64,000 bases of DNA from Lepidodermella squamata (lineage: Eukaryota; Animalia; Gastrotricha): positions 1,612,001 to 1,676,000 of the forward strand of contig JBLDXI010000004.1 in assembly GCA_047495785.1 (NCBI GenBank). The letters are read 5' to 3'. Position 1 is the first letter of the stretch. Every line of letters begins with the position of its first letter. Under the pieces are notes generated by a model. The model did not search any database and was not told the origin of the DNA. It saw only the letters and a program-made list of their open reading frames with translations. The position numbers and the translations under genes are program-made. Shown piece by piece: positions 13,370 through 24,189 of the stretch.

Positions 13370-14090
13370 TTTTATGTAGATTTTGATTAGCTTCAATCTA
13401 ACTGGGATATACGCCCACGTTTTGGAGGGCGGCCCATACTTTTTCTCTGTCGACCAGATCATAGGCTTTTTCGAGGTCTATGAAAACTAAATGTAGTTCT
13501 TTCTTAAACAACATAATTTTTTCGATGATTTGTCGCATGACATAAATACAGTCTCTGGTGCCCTTAAGGGGCTGAAAACCAAATTGTAATTTAGAGATTT
13601 TTGAACCAATCAAAGCTCATTGAATTGAATATTCAATTCGTTCAAGGATAATGGCATACAGTTTTCCTACAACACTGAAGAGGCTTATGCCTCTGTAATT
13701 TTGACATTTTCATTTCTCACCTTTATGTTTATAAATTGGGGTAATTATAGCCGTTGACCATTCTTCAGGGACCCTCTTATCAGTCCAAGCTCGATTCAAA
13801 ATTTCCTTGAGCCATTCAATATTGGCCTCGCTTAAGGCCTTGATCATTTCGGGTCTAATTTCATCTATCCCAGGGGCTTTACCGTTTTTCATGTGGTCGA
13901 TAGCGTTTTTCATTTCGGTGAGAGGAAATTCAGTTACATTTGGATTTTCACCTAAGAAAATGTCGCTGTCGGGGTTATTGGGTTCAAGCCCTTGTAAGAG
14001 ATCCATAAAATAAGATTTCATAACTTCCAAAATTTCATCTATTCCACTGGTAAGTGAACCGTCTTCCTTTTCTAGAGGTTGGGGTTCATT
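13370..14090 (-). mobile_element. Non-LTR retrotransposon (RTE/CR1-like) reverse transcriptase fragment
   Basis: Motifs GKAPGIDEI, PEEWSTAIITPIYK, NYRGISL, QFGF and VFIDLEKAYD across frameshifted ORFs 13710-14192 and 13398-13613. Confidence 0.9.
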
Positions 14091-14319
14091 CAAACTATGA
14101 TTCATTTTTATAGATGTGGATAGAAAAATCGCCAAAAAACCAAGTTCACACATCTCGTGAGAGTGCATATTTTTGGTTTGCAACAAGTTCATTCAACTAT
14201 TAAAATGGAAATAAGCAATCACGTGCAGAAAGTTTGCGAACTTGGTTTTTTGGCGATTTTTCTATCCACATCTATAAAAATGAATCATAGTTTGATGAAC
14301 CCCAACCTCTAGAAAAGGA
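14065..14319. repeat. Inverted repeat with ~83-bp arms
   Basis: 14065-14147 is the near-perfect reverse complement of 14238-14319. Confidence 0.85.
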
Positions 14320-14470
14320 TGTACCTATTCCGAGTACTTTTCTACACTGCAATCGCTGCTTCTCATGTCGATGCTTGCTGGAATAAGAAGGAAAAGGTAG
14401 TTATAGCTGAACTTTCTTCATGACATGAATTTTACTAGATTCCAAGGACTGCAATCACCACGAAAACGGC

Positions 14471-15463
14471 TTGGTGAGATCAAATTACCTGGGCGATAAT
14501 TTTGACGAAGAAATAGTGACTTGCACTATCGAAAACTTGGCCAAATCCAAGTTACTTAGAGTCGGCTACATGCACGGCCGAGCATCATGGCACAAATGCC
14601 TGGCCAGGGGCGGATCGGCAGATTACACGCTGTTGTACTCCGCAGTGTGCTTCGCCGGCAGCGATGAGGGCAAGGCGAAACTCGCGAAACTGCTCATCGA
14701 CTACGGCGCTGATCCAAACGCAGGTCTTGCGTGGTCGAGAGAGTGCCGCTGCGACCACACCGTACGAACTACGCCCCTGATAGCCGCGGCTAAGAATAAC
14801 CACGCGAAAGTCGCGAAGGTTTTGCTGGAAAACGGGGCGGATCCTAATTTAGCTGAAGCAATCGGCAATTTCCCACTCACATACGCTGTTAGACTTCGGC
14901 ATTACGAAACAGCTGAGATTCTACTGAAACACGGAGCTGATCCGAATAAGCTGCCTGATAGGACGGAGTACGATGCTTTGACTGATCGCTATAACTTGCG
15001 GGATTTTACTAAATTCACCCAACCGTTGCTGCATTTTGCTGTTAACAATTCTGATAAAGCTATGGTTGAGTTGCTTCTACAACACGGGGCTGATGTGAAT
15101 GGCTACGATGAAGATGAGTTCACGCCGTTGATGCTCGCGGCCTACAACAACAACCAAGCTATGGCGAAAATTCTAATGAAACACGGGGCTGATCTCTTTA
15201 AAACTGATCAAGAGGGTCTGGGCCCATTTGAAATTGCTGCGAGGCGGGAGCATAGGCCGTTGTTGAGGTACCTGCTCGACGAATGCTGTCTGGCTATTGT
15301 TGAGCGGAAGATCAAGCCGCGGCGGAAGTTTAATGTTGTAGGCGTTAAATATAGGGCGGCTGCGATTTCGTCGCATACTTCGGCCAATGTGTGCTTCGGG
15401 TTGATTTTGGAGGGTTACGAGTTCTGGCCGCCGGGTTGCGTTACCCCAACATGGTTTGATTGA
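14471..15463 (+). CDS. Ankyrin repeat protein (uncapped type, 5' end unresolved)
   Basis: Repeated TPL..AA..N......LL..GAD(P/V)N motifs. It lacks the N- and C-caps of the other three ankyrin exons. The ORF starts at TTG, so an upstream exon is likely. Confidence 0.8.
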   Translation: MVRSNYLGDNFDEEIVTCTIENLAKSKLLRVGYMHGRASWHKCLARGGSADYTLLYSAVCFAGSDEGKAKLAKLLIDYGADPNAGLAWSRECRCDHTVRTTPLIAAAKNNHAKVAKVLLENGADPNLAEAIGNFPLTYAVRLRHYETAEILLKHGADPNKLPDRTEYDALTDRYNLRDFTKFTQPLLHFAVNNSDKAMVELLLQHGADVNGYDEDEFTPLMLAAYNNNQAMAKILMKHGADLFKTDQEGLGPFEIAARREHRPLLRYLLDECCLAIVERKIKPRRKFNVVGVKYRAAAISSHTSANVCFGLILEGYEFWPPGCVTPTWFD

Positions 15464-15615
15464 CCGGAAACGCCTTGAAAGATTATTTACACAATTTTAT
15501 TGAATAATTTTAAGAATAGGAAATGTGATTCATTCAATAGAATATTTAGGAATTATGATTAGGAATTCAAGTTACGGAAATTGAAGTAAATTATGTCCCT
15601 TGATCCGATTCACTT

Positions 15616-18600
15616 TTATATGTTTTTAAGAACAATATAGTTGAAGTAGGCAAAGAGAGCCGCCGTAAGGATGAAAGCTGGGACATCCAGCAGTCTAACC
15701 AAGCTGATTGTTCCTTTACACAGCATTTTCATGCCCCGCTTCCCCTCTACAAAGAAGGAACACGCCAGCCAAAGAGACAGCAAGTTGTAGATTGTGACTC
15801 CGGCCGAGAACCAAGCCATCCATTGAATGTAAGAACTCAAAATTGTGCTATCCGAATTCGGAGCCTGGCTTATGATCTCAGTCTGGCTAACAGCCATTGC
15901 CAGTAGGATAGTCACTGTAAAGGCAGCCCGCTCTGGCATAGCCGGAGCCATCAAAAAAGCAGCCAGGTCCAAACTGCCCAGAATTGCAGTGGGTAAGTAC
16001 AAATTGTTGATGTAGTAGGACGGGTATCTTTTGAAAGTAACTTCATAGACAACAATTGATACGTTATAACCATTGAAAAAAGCCCACGATAGATAACCCC
16101 TAAAATCGGTCACCAGCCACTCGGAATTATCAACGGCATCAATATCCCACAGAAATGTAGGTGAGTCAAGAAAAGAAACCAGAAGATTCGATCGCTGAAG
16201 ACCGAAAACAAACGCGCAGGATTGTTTATCGAAAGGGAACTCCTTCATGCCCAGCGTGCAATCAGCTTTGAATAGGCCCTCTCGGGTCCAATAGAAGTTG
16301 TAAGTCTTATTCGGGCTCACTTTAGCACCAACTCCGTCCATAGTGACCAGAAAATCATCGCCAATCGCGACGTTTTTCATGTAAACATTTGACTGGGCAC
16401 TGTTGATGAAGCGAAGCTGGGGGAGCCAGATTTGATCTGGATGTGCCACATAGATTTGTTCCTTAGGTCTCGTTGCAATCGGGTCTGTTGAATTCTTCGG
16501 GCAAGTTGCTACCGACCATGATAAAAGAACGACCCCGCTAACAGATATCGTGTCATCCGCACTCGATAGCTCATTCAAACCAGGTACATAGAAAGTTATG
16601 TTGATCCGGAGTGGATGTGATTCGTCAATATTGGGAGGGGCGTAACGCGATGCCTCAAAGTGGTCACATCGTTTCAGAACATCTTCGATTGTGTCGAAAG
16701 GTGTGTAAGGCGGTTTTAGCCCATTTGCATCTAATTGGGGCAGGAGACTCTGAGCCGATATATTCGTCCCAATCCTCGATTCTCCATTTGAGGCTTCTAT
16801 TTTTCTGAAAGTCGGCTCTTGAACCAGGTTTGAAACAGGGGCTTTTGATGTGAGCCCAGAATTCGTCGTGGTTTGTCGCTCAGTTGCTGTATTGGTTTTG
16901 GTAGTTATGGTGGTCGGCTCTTGAACCAGGTTCGAAACAGGACCTTGTGATGAGAGCTCAAAGTTAGTGGTTGGTCTGGCAGTTGTCGTGGTGGTTGTGG
17001 TAGCTGTTGAACTTGTTGAAGTCGAAGTGGTGGGCAGCTGATTGCCGCAGATACCAGCCAAAATAACCAATTCATCTGCCGATAACGCAGTTGAATGAAG
17101 GCTGACACAAGCCAATTCATCATTACTGGCCAATGGTACCAAAGTGGAGCCAGAATAGTACATTCCTAACTCAAGGTTCATATATCCTAGATGGAACCTA
17201 AACTCGGTCGAAAAATCAGTAGTCGTACTGGCCAGCGCCACGCTGTTCCATTCATTTTTCCCTCGGTAGCCTAGCAAGGTCCCACTTTCATAGGTGTAGG
17301 CGAAGAATCGCCAGGATTGCGGCTGGTCGTAGGCAACTGGCAGCGATAATTTCTTGTAACCATCCATGAGCCAGCCAGCAAAGGAAAGGGCAGAGTTTTC
17401 GCATTTTACTGTAAAATGCTCAGTGGACAGTATTCCAGATGGTCCGGAGCAAGAGCCCTTGTAGTAGAAAGCGATTGTGTATTCTTTGAAAACTGGCAAA
17501 TTATTGACGACCAGAAGTTGTTTATCAGAAGCAGAATAAGATCCAAAGCTATAGGGTCCACCTTTTTTCGCACTCGGCATCCCGAGCGTAACATCGAATA
17601 AATCAGAGCCAAACTTGTCTATGACGTTCAGCTTTGAATTCATAGTTAAGGGCAAATATGCGATCAAATATTCATTTTTCGGCATTGCTTCGAAATTCGC
17701 CGGAACAAATGAAGGTTTTGGGTACGGCTTTCCACAAGCGTATGGAAGCTTTGCGACTTCAACATCAGCCAAAGCTGTCGAGTAGTAAGTAACACACGAC
17801 AATTCCTGGCCTGGATACATGGTGTAAGTATCCACATCCAAAACCCTAGCTAGGCCGATTCGAACTCGGAAATAGTCGAATATTTCTGTAGCTTCGAGGG
17901 TCAAATTTACGGTTGTGAAGTTGTACATTACTTTCGAATCACTTTCCCGCATAACGAAACCTTTCAGGGTCCGGGTTGGCCAATCGTAAGTATAGGCCAC
18001 GAATTGCCACGTATTGGCCTCATATGCGAGTTTGGCTCTTTCAATAGATATCCATTTGTCATCACCCCTTGATTTGGCAACAATGCCGAGCATCGTATCG
18101 TGGTAGATTGACAATTTTCCAGGCAGAAAGATGCCTTGTTTATCGGAACCACTCGATTTATGGTAGAACGAAACAGTGAACGATGCGGGTTGAATGATCG
18201 AAAGCGATGGACCAGATTGGCCGGATGCTCCTTCAAGCGACCCGAGACCAAATGGGCCTCGAGGGACGATTTTGGCTGTTCCAGGGTCTGTGGGAGTGAT
18301 AACCTGGCCGAATTTATCGAAAAGCGATAGCCCACTTTGCGTAGTGAATGGAGCGTAGAAAACCAAGCTACGTCTCTGGGGCAGATAATCGAAGAAATCC
18401 GGGAGATTGTTTGCCCTTCCATCCTTCCTCCCGCAGCCCTTGACAATTTTCGATATATCACTAAGACTCAGTGCTTCGGAATAATAGCTAACACAGGCGA
18501 TCCACTTTGCTTCCGGGTTTAGAACGACCTCATTCGGCATAGCATCGCCGATTTGAGGATCATCATAGACTGGGAAGATAGGTGATACCAACGCCATGTC

Positions 18601-20547
18601 TTTCATTTCGGGTGCTTGAACTGGCTCTGATGCAGATGCGGCGTATTTGAAGCCTCTTACAATGTATTCATCAGCCGATGCATTGCTTGAATATGTGAAT
18701 ACGTACAGGTTCCATTGGTTGTTGTCGTATGTCACTGGATACGACTTGCCGTTTCCTCGAAGTATCATATTGCCATTTTGACAGGTGATTTGATAGCGAA
18801 GAGTATAGACAATCCCGACAGTTTCTGCACAAGGTCCCAAGTACATGAAAGCGAAAGTGAATGAATCCTGGTTCTTGACCCCCGAAATCCGAGGACCAAG
18901 GCCGTTCGCCATCAGGAAACTGATTTGAAAAGGCCCACCCAGTGACGTGGTCGAATTTCGCTTTTGTGCCTCGCCGTACCACAAGGTCGACCCGAATTTG
19001 TCGAAAACTGAGTATGGCGATTTCGAAACAAAAGGCGTGTGGTATACAAGTTTTCCAAGCTGGGGCAACTCGTCGAAAGTATCGGGTAGGAATTCCGACC
19101 TTGCCGGTCTCTTCCCGCATGTGTAAGTCAGCATTCGAAGGTCAACCTGCGACAAAGCTGTATTGTGAATAGTAACACAGGCCAAGCTATCCGTTGTACG
19201 GCTAAAGACCTGCAGACCACGGAATGCTTCGATCGAGAAATAGCCGCCACTGAACGCTGTAAAAGCCTTGCTAGTCGTCGGCCCAACACTCATGAAATCG
19301 TTTTCGGGCAGTTGGTAGTAGGTTTCAACACTGCTATCTCGAAATACAAATGCCATAAATATCCAGTCGCTCGGGCGTGGATATGGAACAGCATCTGTCG
19401 TTTGTTTACTGGTAGCGGTTGGCCCCAGGTAGACCACCCCAGAATCGGGCTGACACATTATGAAGCCCGAGTCATTCAGACCGAGTATAGGGCTGTTTTG
19501 TTTGCAAGGTCCTCTATAGTAGAAGGAAACCGTCATAGGCCAACTAGTTCTTAGATTCTCGACTTTGTAAATTCGATCGCCCGCGTTCTTCACAGAAATC
19601 GATCCGAAACCGTTCGGTCCGAATAAATCTTTCGAAACCGCCGTTCCGATATTTGAAGCCTGGCGAAAGTTGTCCGAGCCGTATTTCTGGAACACCTTAT
19701 CTCCAACACTCCTCATCGGCATATGGATGGCTAAACTGTCGATCTGAGGCATCAGCCGAAATGTTTCAGGCATCTCGCTGGAGGGCGGGATTTCGAGGCC
19801 ACATGCGTACATGATTTTCTTTATATCGAAAATCCCCACCGCCTTGTTGTACAGTGTCATGCACGCGAATTGGTCGTTGCCTGGTGATGTGTAAACCGCA
19901 GTGTTGTTAGTCCTCACTCCTTTGCCTATCGAAACTGATGTCGCGGAGGGGCTCAGTACAACAGAAGAATACGAGTATGTGATGAAGGCCGGTGCCTCGC
20001 TAGCTACGTTGATCAAACTCAGCTCTTGAAACCCCGCGTTGTAAGTTACAGCGACAAATGTCCAAGGCGTGTAGTTTTTGTGTAGAGGCATTGATTCGCT
20101 TCGAGTTGCCACTGATGAGTTCCACATAACGACAACCAGCTTCTTAGTGAATGCTTCACAGTAGATCGAGAAGAAGAGCTCTAAATGCACGAGACCTGTA
20201 TCCTTGGTGCAATTCATTTTCACGAAGAATGTCAGCGTGAAATTGACAATTTTAACAGGCAGGTTGTAGGTGAGTATCGGGTCGGTAGTCAAGCCAGGCA
20301 ACAGAGTGACTGCTCCCATGGCGTAAGGTCCCTGCGCCACTTCGATCGATTTGATGTCGGCAGCTGGTTTCATATCGTTGGTCGATTTCGAGAAGAACCG
20401 CGTCTCGCCTTTGTCCAACAGCCACAGAAAGAAGTCTGTGTTGCTGGGCAACAAGCTGAGAACGTCATCCAAATTCTTGGCTTGCATCGGCCAATCTTTA
20501 GCCGCGCTGTACTGCGCAAGCACCAGCAAAACCAGCCAGAGCAGCAT
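15616..20547 (-). CDS. Giant intronless Cys-loop channel subunit with five N-terminal LamG/pentraxin-like domains, copy B, intact (1643 aa)
   Basis: Signal peptide MLLWLVLLVLAQYSAA. Repeats start near 20490, 19773, 19089, 18405 and 17706. Thr-rich linker with PVSNLVQEPT twice. IWLPQL motif and Cys-loop C-TLGMKEFPFDKQS-C (16260-16216). Pre-M1 KRYPSYY, four TM helices, very short M3-M4 loop. Confidence 0.95.
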   Translation of the reverse strand: MLLWLVLLVLAQYSAAKDWPMQAKNLDDVLSLLPSNTDFFLWLLDKGETRFFSKSTNDMKPAADIKSIEVAQGPYAMGAVTLLPGLTTDPILTYNLPVKIVNFTLTFFVKMNCTKDTGLVHLELFFSIYCEAFTKKLVVVMWNSSVATRSESMPLHKNYTPWTFVAVTYNAGFQELSLINVASEAPAFITYSYSSVVLSPSATSVSIGKGVRTNNTAVYTSPGNDQFACMTLYNKAVGIFDIKKIMYACGLEIPPSSEMPETFRLMPQIDSLAIHMPMRSVGDKVFQKYGSDNFRQASNIGTAVSKDLFGPNGFGSISVKNAGDRIYKVENLRTSWPMTVSFYYRGPCKQNSPILGLNDSGFIMCQPDSGVVYLGPTATSKQTTDAVPYPRPSDWIFMAFVFRDSSVETYYQLPENDFMSVGPTTSKAFTAFSGGYFSIEAFRGLQVFSRTTDSLACVTIHNTALSQVDLRMLTYTCGKRPARSEFLPDTFDELPQLGKLVYHTPFVSKSPYSVFDKFGSTLWYGEAQKRNSTTSLGGPFQISFLMANGLGPRISGVKNQDSFTFAFMYLGPCAETVGIVYTLRYQITCQNGNMILRGNGKSYPVTYDNNQWNLYVFTYSSNASADEYIVRGFKYAASASEPVQAPEMKDMALVSPIFPVYDDPQIGDAMPNEVVLNPEAKWIACVSYYSEALSLSDISKIVKGCGRKDGRANNLPDFFDYLPQRRSLVFYAPFTTQSGLSLFDKFGQVITPTDPGTAKIVPRGPFGLGSLEGASGQSGPSLSIIQPASFTVSFYHKSSGSDKQGIFLPGKLSIYHDTMLGIVAKSRGDDKWISIERAKLAYEANTWQFVAYTYDWPTRTLKGFVMRESDSKVMYNFTTVNLTLEATEIFDYFRVRIGLARVLDVDTYTMYPGQELSCVTYYSTALADVEVAKLPYACGKPYPKPSFVPANFEAMPKNEYLIAYLPLTMNSKLNVIDKFGSDLFDVTLGMPSAKKGGPYSFGSYSASDKQLLVVNNLPVFKEYTIAFYYKGSCSGPSGILSTEHFTVKCENSALSFAGWLMDGYKKLSLPVAYDQPQSWRFFAYTYESGTLLGYRGKNEWNSVALASTTTDFSTEFRFHLGYMNLELGMYYSGSTLVPLASNDELACVSLHSTALSADELVILAGICGNQLPTTSTSTSSTATTTTTTTARPTTNFELSSQGPVSNLVQEPTTITTKTNTATERQTTTNSGLTSKAPVSNLVQEPTFRKIEASNGESRIGTNISAQSLLPQLDANGLKPPYTPFDTIEDVLKRCDHFEASRYAPPNIDESHPLRINITFYVPGLNELSSADDTISVSGVVLLSWSVATCPKNSTDPIATRPKEQIYVAHPDQIWLPQLRFINSAQSNVYMKNVAIGDDFLVTMDGVGAKVSPNKTYNFYWTREGLFKADCTLGMKEFPFDKQSCAFVFGLQRSNLLVSFLDSPTFLWDIDAVDNSEWLVTDFRGYLSWAFFNGYNVSIVVYEVTFKRYPSYYINNLYLPTAILGSLDLAAFLMAPAMPERAAFTVTILLAMAVSQTEIISQAPNSDSTILSSYIQWMAWFSAGVTIYNLLSLWLACSFFVEGKRGMKMLCKGTISLVRLLDVPAFILTAALFAYFNYIVLKNI

Positions 20548-20895
20548 GACTGATTTCAGTTTTTAGCAATAAATCAGAATTTCGAAAATCAGCGGAAAAA
20601 GTTGACGAACGCAAGAAGCATGCGCGAGGGTAAATAAACAAAGAATTCCAGGAAGCGTGCCCTGAACAGGATATGAGAATCAGGATTATTGCTGTTTTTC
20701 ATCAAATATATCACCCGATTCTGCTAGACTTGTTCAAATAGAATCGTAGATTTTGTCGATTCGAGACGAGGCAGCGAAATGTTAATGCGTTCGAATGAAG
20801 CTTTCGGTGTTTTTATTACCGACATCCGGCATGTGATTCTGATGTGGATGATAACACGAAAACATGTTTTCTTCAACGGGACTGTACACGTGAAG

Positions 20896-20988
20896 CCGAG
20901 GCTTAATCCTGGACCTTCCTAGTTCGCTGCTGGAACGAATATTAGTTGCGCGGAACTAGGGAGGCCGAGATTAAGGATTAAGCCTCGG
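20896..20988. repeat. Short palindromic MITE-like hairpin upstream of channel copy B
   Basis: CCGAGGCTTAATCCT / AGGATTAAGCCTCGG with an inner CCTAGTTC / GAACTAGG pair. Confidence 0.7.
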
Positions 20989-21241
20989 GATTAGCGGGGT
21001 AGTTCAAATAATTCATATTGTCTCAGATTTCCTTTACTATGTTTTAATATTCTGAATGGGCTACTACACAAAAGAAGAATTTTTGTTGAAATATTATCAA
21101 TGGTAATAAATTTATTGGTTATATGGTTGAATTTTGAATAGAGTATAGCTAGAAATCCAAGAATCTTTCATCTATCAGCATGATTCATCCCTCTTCAACT
21201 TTCAATTGAAAATTCCTTCCTGGTTTTTTTACCATCAAGAA

Positions 21242-21618
21242 CAGGGTTTCTCAAAGGGGTCGCGGGCCCTTTTTCCGTGGGTCGCGATAATCGCCTGGTG
21301 AATTTCACAAAACTTGAATATTGGGAAAATTCGGTTCATTTTCGGTTCAGGGAAATTTTTCATAAATAGCGCTAGCTAAAGATCGCTTCGATCGCATCCA
21401 ATTTTATTTAACCGAATGACGTTGACTGTCGAGTTAATGAAAATTGTGAAGAAATTATGAGAAAATGTAAATTTGATGATATTTTTTAGCTTGGACGCAC
21501 AATTTTCGAGCATCTTTCAATGAAAGAAGGAACAAAATTAAAAAAATTGCTAGGGGTCGCAGCCTCGTAAATAAATGTGATTTTGGGGTCGCCAAGTGTT
21601 AGGGTTTGAGAAGCCCAG
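21242..21618. mobile_element. hAT-type MITE
   Basis: Termini CAGGGTTTCTCAA / TTGAGAAGCCCAG, GGGGTCGC subterminal motifs, 7/8 TSD ATCAAGAA / ACCAAGAA. Confidence 0.75.
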
Positions 21619-22240
21619 ACCAAGAAGAACAATGTAATTATGTTAATAATTAATAATGTTAGCAAATTAGTAATCAAGATCCAGATAAATTTGCGGACTT
21701 CCTTCGTCCAAGGAGTAAAGATCAACTTCAAACTTGAAAAGCCACTAAGAAACGAGAAAATAGAAAAAATCCCGGCGAAAAGGATTTTGAGATCAAAATT
21801 ATTCCCGATGTCCAACTAGCGGAATCGGTTTCTTTTGAAAAAGATGAATGGCGCATGGTTGTTAACTCGATTGAAAATTACGAATTCTATACAAAAAGCA
21901 GAATCCTCGACTGTGGGGGTGGGTGAGGATCATTCTTTGCCTGCCTTCGCCCTCTTCAAAACCGGAAACGGTACACGACGCTCAGTCCCGAAGAGGATAA
22001 ATAAAAACATTATTATATATCAAACTTGAATTTCCTTTATTTAGGCTGCAGTAATGCCTAACCCTTGAACCGTGAACATGTGATGAGCTTCAGGAATATG
22101 TCCTAATCAATAGTTGCAAAGGTTCGTTGATGGCTGGGATCAGCTTTTTGCGACTTTGCAAGTGACAATGTTGTTAGCAGCGCTGCAACTGATGGCGAAG
22201 CTCGGCGAAGGCACAACCCACTCGAGTTTGCTGCCGTAGT

Positions 22241-22798
22241 CTAGAATATCGAGCTTTTGTACTGTTCACTCGCCTTGCAGTACTGCAACGCAGATTCCTC
22301 ATTGCTCGATAAATAATAGCCAATCTATGAAACGAAAATGAATGACAAATTTTGGGAAATTTTGATGCAAACTCACAGGGTGAACGTTTACAGGGCATCC
22401 AACGCCCTCTTTCGCGCAAGTTTCATCGGGGCAGCGAACTGCGCCCTGTACACATGGAATATTAGGGTATTTGATTGAAAAAGGGAACTGACCGTTGCCT
22501 CCTGGCAGGCAGCTAGCGTCGCATACTCCATGATAATTGTTGCATGGGGAACTCGAAGCTGCGAAAAATATCAGAATTTCGGTCAATCAGGACATTAATG
22601 GTATGAAAAGCTAACATCATCAGCTGCACACCGGCTGGCCTTGCATTCGAAACGCGAAGTGCGAGGGTCTTTGCACTTGAAGTAGGTCGGAGGACGGGGC
22701 GGGGGCGGCGCTGGAGGATCGCAGGCCAGGCTCAGCGCAACAAGGCAGCTAGCTATCATAAGAGCAGATACAAATGACTTCATCCAAACGTCAGACAT
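22241..22798 (-). CDS. Small secreted protein with two 4-Cys modules (paralog of 50359-50771)
   Basis: Exons 22798-22616, 22558-22493, 22445-22377, 22324-22241, all phase-0 GT-AG introns of 47-57 nt. Signal peptide and Pro stretch, then YFKCKDPRTSRFECKASRCAADD|LRVP..YATLAACQEAT|GAVRCPDETCAKEGVGCPVNVHP|IGYY..ALQYCK. The 3' end may extend to about 22139. Confidence 0.72.
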
Positions 22799-23019
22799 TC
22801 CTGAGAATAAGTCTGTTTTCAATTGAAACTGCACCGTTCGGCAGCAGCAAACACGTGAATTGAAAGAATAATCCACCAGACGCCACTCATCCTGCATACT
22901 GATGAGCATAGACAACACTGTAACAGATAGGACGCAAACGATCTTCCTATGGTGATTTTATTCGAACGGCCACTTTTTATGCCACCTTACGCCCTTTCCG
23001 CCCATTATAATTTTAATTA

Positions 23020-23457
23020 ACGAAGTGCACTTTCATACATAAATATGTATGACATTTTTAACTTTCATACATATTTATGTATGGCAAAGTTAACTTTCAT
23101 ACATATTTTTTTTCATTAAATCGTGTTTTTCAGCCAAACTGTGATCAGGAACAGGGTTTAGGGGTTAGAGTTAGGTACCAGGGTTCGGGTTCGCGTTCGG
23201 GTTAGGATTAGGTTTAGGGTTTGGTTAGGGTTCAGGGTTAAGGTTAGGGTTAGGGTAGTTCGAGTTTCGGGTTTCTACGAAGATCGATTTTCTGGCCCTT
23301 GCGCTTCCCCAATAACCATTTTCATGCGGAAAAAATTGACAACGCTTTCGGAACCCCGTTTTTCTTTTACCTAAAACAAAAACTAGTCATCTGGCATTTC
23401 CCTAACGTTTTCAGCTTGAATTTAATGAAAAAAAATATGTATGAAAGTTGGCACCCT
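23020..23457. mobile_element. TIR element containing degenerate (TTAGGG)n-like repeats
   Basis: AACTTTCATACATATTTTTTTT(T)CATTAAA near 23092 is inverted at ~23421-23449. The left end has three subrepeats. Telomere-like tract at ~23152-23256. TTAA-rich flanks. Confidence 0.6.
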
Positions 23458-24189
23458 TTAATTAATTTCTGAAATCGATCGAAAAAATGCATATTTTTCC
23501 AAAAGTTTGAGTTTCGTTAGGTAAAAAGAAGATTTCGCGATCTATCGAATAAGCCGAGGTATATCTTGTAGACTCGCATGATTAATTTTCTTGAATTAGT
23601 TAAAAACCGCTGTTTTCGGCAAATTTGCCATTCTTCTGCCGCGGCTCATCCGAAATGTTTTGAAAATTAGAAGAAGAGTAGTTTATCCATGTTAAGAATT
23701 TTCTGTATTTAAGGTTCAAGGTTTCAAGGAAAAGGCTTTGTAAAGACAGAGTGATACATATTGGTTATGGCCTTCCTTTATTCGAAATATTTTTGTTTAC
23801 TTTTGTTTACTGTTCAAGGACATAAAAGGTGTTTAGTTTGATGTAATGTTACGGATTCTGACCGCCCAATATTATTTCACCTCAAAAATGGCGAGCACTT
23901 CATGTACCATTCGCATGAATTTCACGGAAGTATCATCCCGATCCCTTTCTCTGCATTTTTTCCCTCAAATTTAGAGAAGCCGGGTGTGGAACTTAATTTT
24001 TCCGCGTTTGTGACAAGCTGCAAGCGATATTCAGTTGATAAGAAAAAGAACCGCAGCCAGGCAATAAAATGATCAAAACCCATAAATCTGTGATAGTTAG
24101 CAATCAAGTTTGAATTTTACATTAAATGGAATCGAGTTAATCCATTTGAAGTCAGTGTAAGGAAAGTTTCATGATGAAGTCCAGGCGCC

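Noticed and set aside
22299-22586. Cys-rich ORF SSSPCNNYHGVCDASC as an exon
   Set aside because: Its phase is incompatible with the upstream donor. The alternative frame plus a 47-nt intron aligns with the paralog at 50359.
23152-23256. Telomere or chromosome fusion site
   Set aside because: Short, degenerate and enclosed by inverted repeats of a mobile-like element.
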